Source: an uncultured delta proteobacterium | GTDB lineage: Bacteria > Desulfobacterota > Desulfomonilia > UBA1062 | NCBI GenBank assembly: GCA_963798485.1 | Contig: CAWCTR010000022.1 | Coordinates: forward strand, 1 to 64,000 | DNA length: 64,000 nucleotides | Direction of reading: 5' to 3' | Shown: positions 11,093 through 18,692 of the stretch, one piece after another | Numbering within the stretch: the stretch's first letter is position 1 | Layout of the letters: each line of letters begins with the position of its first letter | Notes under the pieces: model-generated | The model's input: the letters and a program-made list of their open reading frames with translations, nothing else | Told to the model about the DNA's origin: nothing | The model's database searches: none | Made by a program: the position numbers and the translations under genes

Positions 11093-11102
11093 GATCAGAT
11101 AA

Positions 11103-11570
11103 ATGTCTAGGCCGGTTAAGTGCAGAAGGGTCGGATTCGTACCTGATGTGCTCTATTTCAAACCTGCGGGGATTCCCGTGAGAGACCTGGACGAAGTCGC
11201 ACTCACCATGGATGAGCTCGAATCTATACGTCTGGCTGATCTTGAAGGGTTGTACCAGGAAGATGCTGCAGGACACATGTGCGTTTCAAGACAAACGTTT
11301 GCGAATATACTCGTCTCTGCCCGCAGTAAGATCGCCGAGTGCCTGATACAAGGCAAGGCATTGCGGATAGAGGGGGGGAAGATAGAGGCGCGGGAAAGAG
11401 ACTTCATATGTAAGGATTGTAACTATGCCTGGAGCCTTTCTTTTGGCTCGAAATGCCCGTCTGAATGCCCGCAGTGTCAATGCCCGAACATTAAGAGTTT
11501 GCTTACCGGGCAAGGAATGGCTGCAGGCCCGGGGAAAGACTGTAGAAGAAAAAAACACTGTTGTAAATAA
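11103..11570 (+). CDS. DUF134 family HTH protein with C-terminal zinc ribbon
   Basis: MSRPVKCRRV...FKPAG, DELESIRLADLEGLYQEDAA...VSRQTF, CxxC...CPxC. Confidence 0.9.
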   Translation: MSRPVKCRRVGFVPDVLYFKPAGIPVRDLDEVALTMDELESIRLADLEGLYQEDAAGHMCVSRQTFANILVSARSKIAECLIQGKALRIEGGKIEARERDFICKDCNYAWSLSFGSKCPSECPQCQCPNIKSLLTGQGMAAGPGKDCRRKKHCCK

Positions 11571-11590
11571 AACCCTCAGGAGGAACCAGC

Positions 11591-11959
11591 ATGAATATTT
11601 GTATACCCATAGAAAAAGACGAAGGATTAAACTCGGCCGTGTACGGTCATTTCGGGAGCGCACCGTATTTCGCCATCTATAATACCCAGAGCAAGGAAAT
11701 GGAGATCGTGAACAACGGCAACCTGCATCATGCACATGGGCAATGTAATCCCATTGCCGCATTGTCAGGTAAATCGGTGGATATCCTGGCTACCGGGGGG
11801 ATAGGCGCTGGGGCTATCGAGCGGCTGCGCATGATGGGGGTAAAGGTCTGTCGTGTGGTTTCCGGTAAGACCATACAGGATATCATAAGGAGCCATGAGC
11901 AGGATGGATTGAAAGAAATCGGCGGTGATGATGTTTGCAATCATCACTCCTGTCATTAA
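11591..11959 (+). CDS. NifB/NifX-family (FeMo-cofactor-binding-like) protein
   Basis: HFGSAPYF, GGIGAGA, His/Cys-rich tail. Confidence 0.85.
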   Translation: MNICIPIEKDEGLNSAVYGHFGSAPYFAIYNTQSKEMEIVNNGNLHHAHGQCNPIAALSGKSVDILATGGIGAGAIERLRMMGVKVCRVVSGKTIQDIIRSHEQDGLKEIGGDDVCNHHSCH

Positions 11960-12005
11960 ATATTCCTCAAGGGACATACTCATGAGGCAGGATTACTGCC
12001 CTGTC

Positions 12006-12686
12006 CTATTCCCCTTCAGAGAGTTCCTCAAGGGCCTTGCTGTTCAGGATAGTGATTATCTTCCCTTGAACTTCCAATACGCGATCGTTCTGCATCTTTC
12101 TTAAGGCACGGGAAAGGGCCTCGGGAGTTGATCCGAGTATCTTGGACAGTTCCCGATGGCTGATGGGCAGCTCAATCCTTCCTCCTTTGCCCTTATTTTC
12201 ACGGACCTGGGTGAGGATGAGGAATGAAGCCAGACGCTGGGGGATCTCCTTCAGCGCCAGGGATTCGATGAGTGTCATGGATTCTTTGAGCCTGCGGGAT
12301 AACACCTTCAGGATGTTCAGGAGGAGCGCCGGATCTTTCATGACGATCTCCTCCACGGCTGCACCGGGAATGGTGAGGATGTCCGACTTCTTCAGTGCCT
12401 GGGCTTCAGCGGGAAAGTCATGGGTGGCAAAGGCGGTGCACAGGCCGAAAGGCTCACCTGATCCCAGGAGATACAGAGTCTGCTCCCTGCCTTCCATTGA
12501 GCTTTTGGAGAGTTTCACCTGTCCCGTAATAATTACAAAGAACTGCTTGACCAGGTCCGTCTCGGCAACGATCACTTCCCCCGGCTGGTATGTCCCTATG
12601 AGTACACGCCGGGAAAGGGCCTCCAATACTTCATCGGATAGCCCCTGGAAGAGAGGTATGTCCTGAATCTGTTTCAGCGTGTCCAT
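12006..12686 (-). CDS. Crp/Fnr family transcriptional regulator
   Basis: cNMP-binding-like domain (GEPFG) and HTH ISHRELSKILGSTPEALSRAL with ExxSR. Confidence 0.9.
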   Translation of the reverse strand: MDTLKQIQDIPLFQGLSDEVLEALSRRVLIGTYQPGEVIVAETDLVKQFFVIITGQVKLSKSSMEGREQTLYLLGSGEPFGLCTAFATHDFPAEAQALKKSDILTIPGAAVEEIVMKDPALLLNILKVLSRRLKESMTLIESLALKEIPQRLASFLILTQVRENKGKGGRIELPISHRELSKILGSTPEALSRALRKMQNDRVLEVQGKIITILNSKALEELSEGE

Positions 12687-12700
12687 AAAAACCCATTCCA

Positions 12701-12714
12701 TTGATCTAGATCAA
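12701..12714. promoter_or_regulatory. FNR-type binding box
   Basis: TTGAT-CTAG-ATCAA, a perfect FNR consensus; -10-like TATGTT at 12737-12742 fits class II spacing toward trxA. Confidence 0.8.
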
Positions 12715-12820
12715 TGACCGCACCAACGATCTCGTCTATGTTTAATTTCACGGGATGAAACCTTGTTATCATAAGGAAGAATACCGGGGCAAAAGAAATC
12801 AACGCTTCAAGGAGTGAAAA

Positions 12821-13156
12821 ATGGCGGACAAAGAATACGTAACCCATGCCCATGACAACACGTTCGATACCCTTGTCTTAAAGACAGACAACCCAGCCCT
12901 TGTGGATTTCTGGGCGCCCTGGTGCGGACCCTGCCGGGCTATCGGACCGGTCCTGGAAGAGATAGCAAAAGAATATTCCGGACGGGTGAATGTCGTGAAG
13001 GTAAATGTTGATGAAAGTCCTGAAACATCAAGGAAATACGGGGTCCGGAGCATTCCCACCTTATTGTTCATAAAGGCTGGACAGGTCCGGGAGACGCAGA
13101 TAGGTTCTCTCCCCAAGGCACAACTCACGGCTTTTATAGACAGGAACTTAAAGTAA
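12821..13156 (+). CDS. trxA: thioredoxin
   Basis: VDFWAPWCGPC, YGVRSIPT. Confidence 0.95.
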   Translation: MADKEYVTHAHDNTFDTLVLKTDNPALVDFWAPWCGPCRAIGPVLEEIAKEYSGRVNVVKVNVDESPETSRKYGVRSIPTLLFIKAGQVRETQIGSLPKAQLTAFIDRNLK

Positions 13157-13192
13157 CCCTGTAAACGACAAAGGGAGAAAGGAAAGTAGGTT

Positions 13193-13351
13193 ATGAGCGA
13201 TTTCTGGATATTCATTATTGCACTGGTTCTCTGGTTTTTCTTCCAGACCTGGCTGTTCCCCCGGCTGGGTGTTCCTACCTGAGCATCTGGACCGGCCTGC
13301 CGGGTGGCAGACAAAAAAGACCATAATCTAAAAATATCTTCCAGGAGGTAG
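13193..13351 (+). CDS. candidate small membrane selenoprotein (52 aa if in-frame UGA 13280-13282 is Sec; 29 aa otherwise)
   Basis: MSDFWIFIIALVLWFFFQTWLFPRLGVPT-(UGA)-ASGPACRVADKKDHNLKISSRR-TAG; hairpin CTGCC-GGGT-GGCAG just 3' of the UGA; TAG ends 2 nt before the next ATG. Confidence 0.6.
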
Positions 13352-13353
13352 TC

Positions 13354-14667
13354 ATGAAGAAAAGCAGTATTATCTTAGCAATGGCACTATTAGCCTTTAT
13401 CGTATCGAGTTCAGGTGCCTTAGCAACCAACGGTGATAATATGATCGGTGTGGGCCCCATTGCGAATTCCATGGGCGGTGTGGGCATTGCAGCACCCCAG
13501 GACGCCATCACCTCGGTCTTTGCCAACCCTGCCTCGCTTGGTTTTGTGCCATTTGCCCCGGCCCCATCCTTTGACTTTGCCGGGACGATATTCATGCCCA
13601 AGGTTAGTGCCGAGGTGAGGACAATCAGTGGAACCGCCACCACTTCTGTCAAGGCGGACAGTGCTGATGCCGTATATGCCATCCCCGCCATCGGCCTGAA
13701 TGTCCCTATGGGACCAGACATGCCCAGGTGGAGGTTTGGTTTGGCAGCCTATGGAGTTTCCGGCCTTGGTGTTGATTACCGCGGTACCGCTCTTGATAAT
13801 GCCTCGGGCTATAATTTCGGCGGCGGAAAGGTTGCCCCCCTTATCCAGGGTGAATACACACAGCTCCAGATCATGAAATTTTCACCGGCCATATCCTATA
13901 TGGCCAGTGATACCATAGCGGTGGGTGCTGCGTTGCAGATCGATTATGCAACGTTGGATCTCAGGAGCGGAACATCACCCAATTATGGCGCGGGCCTGAA
14001 CCTAGGGCTTCTCTATACACCCATTGATGTTGTGAGACTGGGCCTGACCTACACCACTGCACAGCCGGTCACCTATAAGCGGATTGAAGACTTTAACCAG
14101 GACGGAACTCCTGACAACCTCAAACTCGAGTCGCCCCAACAAGCAGGTTTTGGTGCGGCCTACACTATCAAAGGTCCGATTAAAACACTCATTGAGGCGG
14201 ATGTGAAATGGATAAATTGGGCTAATGCAGATGGGTACAAGGATTTTGACTGGAACAACCAGTGGGTATATGCCATTGGGGCACAAGTGGAGCCCAAGGA
14301 GAACTTCTTTTTACGATGCGGGTTCAACTACGGCAAGAACCCCGTTGAGACACACAACGGTTTTAATGGAAGTTTCAATCCCTCTACAGGATTGCCGAAC
14401 AGCGCGGTTAATGTCCAGGGCAATTACCTCCCTGCCTATTACTATGAGACCTTCCGGATCATCGGATTCCCGGCCATTGCGGAAAAGCATCTCACCTTGG
14501 GGACCGGATACTGTTTCAGCAAAAACTTCTCCATGAACCTGGGCTACATGCATGCCTTTGAGAAGACTATCTCCGAGACCGGGACCGACTTGTTCGGCAG
14601 GCCTGTAACACTTGAGTCGAAACTCAGCGAGGACAGCATCGATTTCGGGCTTACATGGGTCTTTTAA
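13354..14667 (+). CDS. OmpP1/FadL/TodX family outer-membrane transporter
   Basis: Signal peptide, SMGGVGIA...NPA motif, beta-strand pattern, C-terminal Phe. Confidence 0.88.
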   Translation: MKKSSIILAMALLAFIVSSSGALATNGDNMIGVGPIANSMGGVGIAAPQDAITSVFANPASLGFVPFAPAPSFDFAGTIFMPKVSAEVRTISGTATTSVKADSADAVYAIPAIGLNVPMGPDMPRWRFGLAAYGVSGLGVDYRGTALDNASGYNFGGGKVAPLIQGEYTQLQIMKFSPAISYMASDTIAVGAALQIDYATLDLRSGTSPNYGAGLNLGLLYTPIDVVRLGLTYTTAQPVTYKRIEDFNQDGTPDNLKLESPQQAGFGAAYTIKGPIKTLIEADVKWINWANADGYKDFDWNNQWVYAIGAQVEPKENFFLRCGFNYGKNPVETHNGFNGSFNPSTGLPNSAVNVQGNYLPAYYYETFRIIGFPAIAEKHLTLGTGYCFSKNFSMNLGYMHAFEKTISETGTDLFGRPVTLESKLSEDSIDFGLTWVF

Positions 14668-14718
14668 AAAGTATAAGAGCTGACCTTCGTGTATGCATAG
14701 CCCCCGGGAGGAATAAGG

Positions 14719-17700
14719 ATGTCAAATCTCAGCAGTACTCATAAGGAATATCTCAAGGAAAAATTCAAAGACCGCGTGAACTTCGATGACGTGGAGCGAA
14801 TGCTCTACAGCCACGATATCGCTGCCATGCCGAGTCTTATCAAGCCCTTGATCGGCGATACCACCCCGGATGCCGTAGTACAGCCCCAAAGCGAAGAAGA
14901 GCTGAAAGATCTGGTCGCCTGGGCCGCCAAAAACCACATCCCGCTAACACCAAGGGGGAAGGCATCATCAGGCTATGGGGGGGTCCTGCCTGTGGAGAAC
15001 GGCGTAGTGGTGGATTTTTACCGCATGAAGAAGGTGCTTTCTATCGATAAAGACAAGCTTACAGCCACTGTCCAGCCTGGTATTGTTTGGGAAGGGCTTG
15101 ACCGCGAGCTGAAGAAGAAAGGCCTCACGCTGCTTACCTATCCTTCCAGCTACCCGAGCTCAACAGCAGGAGGATGGCTTGCCCAGGGAGGTGCAGGCTT
15201 CGGGTCGTTTGAGGCCGGCTGGTTCAGGGACATCGTATTGAGCGCCCGGGTCGTGCTTCCCGATGGCACGGTCAGTGTGTTCGAGGGGAAAGATCTCGAT
15301 ATGATCAGTGATGCGGAAGGCATAACAGGCCTCATCAGCGAGATCACCATTAAGGTGCAGGCGGATGATCCCATGGACCTGGTTTCCATCGGCTGTCCGA
15401 ACCCCCATGACCTCCAGAAGCTCATGGAAACAATGATATCTGAAGGCCTGCCCATATGGTCCCTCGTGTTCATCAACCCCAAGATGGCGGAGATGAAGAA
15501 CCAGGCACCCATCATGGAGCACTGGGGACACCCCGCAGAGGAACGGGTTCTCCTGCCTGCATCCTACATCATCACACTCACCTTCCGTAAGAAGGATTCA
15601 GGGCAGGTTATGGGCGGCCTCAGTAAGATCATCAAACTGTGCGAGGCAGAGATCCTGAGCGATAAAATAGCGCACCATGAATGGAAGCACCGGTTCAAGC
15701 TCATGGTAGTGAAACGCTTAGGCCCGAGCCTTGTCCCTGCCGAAGTGGTCATCCCGCTGTCTTCATTCGGCGACTTCATGAAGAAGGTGGAAAGCACCAT
15801 CCAGCAGCCCGTGGTCAAGGAAGGTGTGGTCATCAAGAAATCGGCATCCGGCAAGCCCGAGGTGGTTATCCTCGGATTCATCCCGAGCGATGAGCGGAAG
15901 TTCAGCTATAACTTCGTATTTCCCCTGTCGCTCACGGTCATGAAGATCGCTGAAAAATACGGCGGACGGGCGTATGCCACAGGGCTCTATTTCAAGAGCA
16001 AGGCAAAGGCAGTCCTTGGGAAGGACCGGCTTGCACGGATGAAGGCATTCAAGAAGAAGGTGGACCCCAAGGATATCCTGAACCCCGGCAAGGTGCTTGG
16101 AGGAGGTCTTATCGGGACTGCCGTCAAACTGGGGAGCATATTCGAGCCGTTCATCAGGCCTTTCAGTTATGCCATTATCACGGAAGTGGGGGAGAGGCCT
16201 GAAAAAGACGTTCGGGATATTCCGCCCGATGTGGCCTGGTATGCGTACAGCTGTTCCCAGTGCGGCTACTGTGTGGACGAGTGCGACCAGTTCTATGGCC
16301 GGGGATGGGAGAGCCAGAGCCCAAGGGGCAAGTGGTATTGGCTGCGGGAGTACATGAAGGGCAAGCAGGAGTGGAGTCAAAAGATGGTGGACACCTTCCT
16401 CGTGTGCACTACCTGTGAGCTCTGTAATTTCCGCTGCTCTGCAGCGCTTCCCATAGAACCTTCCTGGATGAAGCTCAGGGGCAAGCTCGTAGATGAGGAA
16501 AAGAAGATGACCTTCCCGCCCTTTGAGATCATGTCCGCAGCGGCCATGAAAGAAGGCAACATCTGGGCCGGCTACCGTAAGGACCGATCGAAATGGTTCC
16601 CTGAAGACCTTAAGGAGAAGCACGGACCCGGCATAACAGCCAAGAACGTCTATTTTGCCGGATGCACGGCCAGCTATGTGGAAGAAGACATCGGCATGGC
16701 GAGCGTGCGGCTGCTGGATAAGGCAGGGGTGGATTTCACCTATGTGGGCAACAAGGAGAACTGCTGCGGCACACCCATGCTGGTTGCAGGCAAGTGGGAT
16801 GTTTTCGAAGCGATCATGAGAAAGAACATCAAGGCCGTCAAAGAAGCCGGCAGTGACACCGTTATCACATCCTGCCCTGCCTGCAATATGATGTGGCGCC
16901 ATGTCTACCCGACATGGGCCAAAAAGCTCGGCATTGATTACGACATAACGGCACGTCACTACAGCGAGATCCTCTCGGAAAAGATAAGATCAGGTGAGTT
17001 TACCTTCCCGGATACCGGGCAGGAAGAGGTTACGGTAACCTGGCATGATTCGTGTCATATCGGCCGCGTGTCAGGCGTCTACGAAGAGCCCCGGGACCTC
17101 ATCAAGGCGATCCCCCATGTAAAATTCGTGGAGATGGATTATCATCATGCCGAGGCGCACTGCTGCGGGAGCGTGCTCAATCTCATCAAAGAGCCGTCTG
17201 TGGCTGCCGATATCGGTGAGACGCGCCTGAACGAGGCATTGGATGCCGGAGCCCAGAAGGTCCTGGCCCTGTGCCCATGCTGCGAGTTCCAGCTCAGGGT
17301 AAGCGCAGAAAAGAAGAAGATGCCCATTGAGGTTGTGGACCTGGCGCGCTTTGCCTCATCCGCCCTGGGGTATGATTTCCCTGATCCCAATCCGGAGGTA
17401 CAAAAGCAGTGGGCCGTGTTCGAGGCCATGATCACACTCATGACCCCCCAGGGGTTCGCCGACCTCATGGGTACCATGTGGCCCGAGCTGATATCGGCCA
17501 TGCCGTTCGGCATGGGGCCCATGATGCGTATTATGGGCAAAATCCCGGGTGCGCTTGACCTCATGAAGCCCATGTTCCCCATACTCTTCCCCAGGCTGCT
17601 GCCCATGATGATGCCCAAGGTCATGCCCACCATGCTCAAGAAAGTCTCCGAGCGCATCCCCATGCCCGACTACATGCGCGAACAGATGCCTGAGCTCATG

Positions 17701-17799
17701 CCCAAGGTCATGGACAACCTCATGCCCCACATGATAGGAGAGGTGGTGCCGCTGGTCACCCGGCCCATGATTAATTATCTGAAGGGGAAGAGCGCTTGA
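14719..17799 (+). CDS. FAD-binding (GlcD-like) + 4Fe-4S + double CCG-domain oxidoreductase with Met/Pro-rich tail
   Basis: PRGKASSGYGG FAD loop, DPKDILNPGK, CSQCGYCVDEC, CTTCELCNFRC, ENCCG, HDSCH, HCCGS. Confidence 0.9.
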   Translation: MSNLSSTHKEYLKEKFKDRVNFDDVERMLYSHDIAAMPSLIKPLIGDTTPDAVVQPQSEEELKDLVAWAAKNHIPLTPRGKASSGYGGVLPVENGVVVDFYRMKKVLSIDKDKLTATVQPGIVWEGLDRELKKKGLTLLTYPSSYPSSTAGGWLAQGGAGFGSFEAGWFRDIVLSARVVLPDGTVSVFEGKDLDMISDAEGITGLISEITIKVQADDPMDLVSIGCPNPHDLQKLMETMISEGLPIWSLVFINPKMAEMKNQAPIMEHWGHPAEERVLLPASYIITLTFRKKDSGQVMGGLSKIIKLCEAEILSDKIAHHEWKHRFKLMVVKRLGPSLVPAEVVIPLSSFGDFMKKVESTIQQPVVKEGVVIKKSASGKPEVVILGFIPSDERKFSYNFVFPLSLTVMKIAEKYGGRAYATGLYFKSKAKAVLGKDRLARMKAFKKKVDPKDILNPGKVLGGGLIGTAVKLGSIFEPFIRPFSYAIITEVGERPEKDVRDIPPDVAWYAYSCSQCGYCVDECDQFYGRGWESQSPRGKWYWLREYMKGKQEWSQKMVDTFLVCTTCELCNFRCSAALPIEPSWMKLRGKLVDEEKKMTFPPFEIMSAAAMKEGNIWAGYRKDRSKWFPEDLKEKHGPGITAKNVYFAGCTASYVEEDIGMASVRLLDKAGVDFTYVGNKENCCGTPMLVAGKWDVFEAIMRKNIKAVKEAGSDTVITSCPACNMMWRHVYPTWAKKLGIDYDITARHYSEILSEKIRSGEFTFPDTGQEEVTVTWHDSCHIGRVSGVYEEPRDLIKAIPHVKFVEMDYHHAEAHCCGSVLNLIKEPSVAADIGETRLNEALDAGAQKVLALCPCCEFQLRVSAEKKKMPIEVVDLARFASSALGYDFPDPNPEVQKQWAVFEAMITLMTPQGFADLMGTMWPELISAMPFGMGPMMRIMGKIPGALDLMKPMFPILFPRLLPMMMPKVMPTMLKKVSERIPMPDYMREQMPELMPKVMDNLMPHMIGEVVPLVTRPMINYLKGKSA

Positions 17800-17921
17800 A
17801 GAAAGTAGATATCGGGGCGAACACGTTTGTCTTTCCCATGCCGGTCATGCTCCTGGGAACCATAGGCGACTATACCGGCAAAGCCTGGGGTGCAGGCAAG
17901 GACTTCAGGAAAAGGCAGTGA
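17796..17921 (+). pseudogene. internally deleted flavin reductase (flavoredoxin-like) remnant
   Basis: MKKVDIGANTFVFPMPVMLLGT fused in frame to IGDYTGKAWGAGKDF (N- and C-terminal signatures only, 41 aa); TTG overlaps the upstream stop. Confidence 0.6.
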
Positions 17922-18059
17922 CCTTGATCCAGACTTCCTGAGTATCCTAGCCAGGTCTCAGCAGATGCATATGAGAATCGCGGCATTTTGCTCCACGAGG
18001 GCATGCGGATCTCTTCGTGGGAGCTGGACCTGACGAAGAAGGACTGATCGGGAAACCCC

Positions 18060-18250
18060 TCATTCACAGATGATCTTCACCAGCACCCGCTTCTTCCTAC
18101 GCCCGTCGAACTCGCCATAGAAGATCTGCTCCCAGGGGCCAAAATCGAGTTTACCGTCAGTGACTGCCACGACCGCTTCACGTCCCATGATCTGGCGTTT
18201 CAAATGTCCGTCCGCTATTATCCTCGCCTACATTATGGTGGTACGGAGAA
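18060..18250 (-). pseudogene. YjbQ/UPF0047 family C-terminal remnant
   Basis: YHHNVGEDN (frameshift) [49 protein letters not shown]. Confidence 0.75.
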
Positions 18251-18692
18251 ACAGTTCTTTCAGAAGGTTGTTAGATCGGATTGCAGCAACTACAGCTGTT
18301 TATACACAGGACGTCACCAATCGTAAACGAGCCCTTGTTCAATAGTCCTTCATCAAGTATTCATTGAATTGTCATATAGCTAAGTTAGTATTATAACCAT
18401 ATTCACCTATGCTTTGAGCCCCTTAGGAAGCAGTGAACAGAGTGAGCGGAAAACCGATGATCTCCTGACATGATATACATAATATCCAATATCAACTCGG
18501 GCCGTGACTCCTGGCACCCATTAAAAGGCCCCTGTCAATAAAAACATAGTTCACCATCGCACGTAATCTTCAGATCAAGTCAAGCTTATCCATCAGACTT
18601 AATCTCTAGTTCTGCATTAAAATAATGTTGCCTTTGATACTATCGTACGGTTAAAATAATTCCTTTCGTAGCACCTTAGGTAATCAAATAAT

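Noticed and set aside
11591-11959. Nitrogen fixation locus
   Set aside because: NifX-like domain only; no nifHDK in the window, and such proteins are common in non-diazotrophs
15763-16959. Long antisense ORFs (398 aa here; also 60694-61716 and 43572-44372)
   Set aside because: Shadow frames of well-supported genes on the opposite strand, with no motifs
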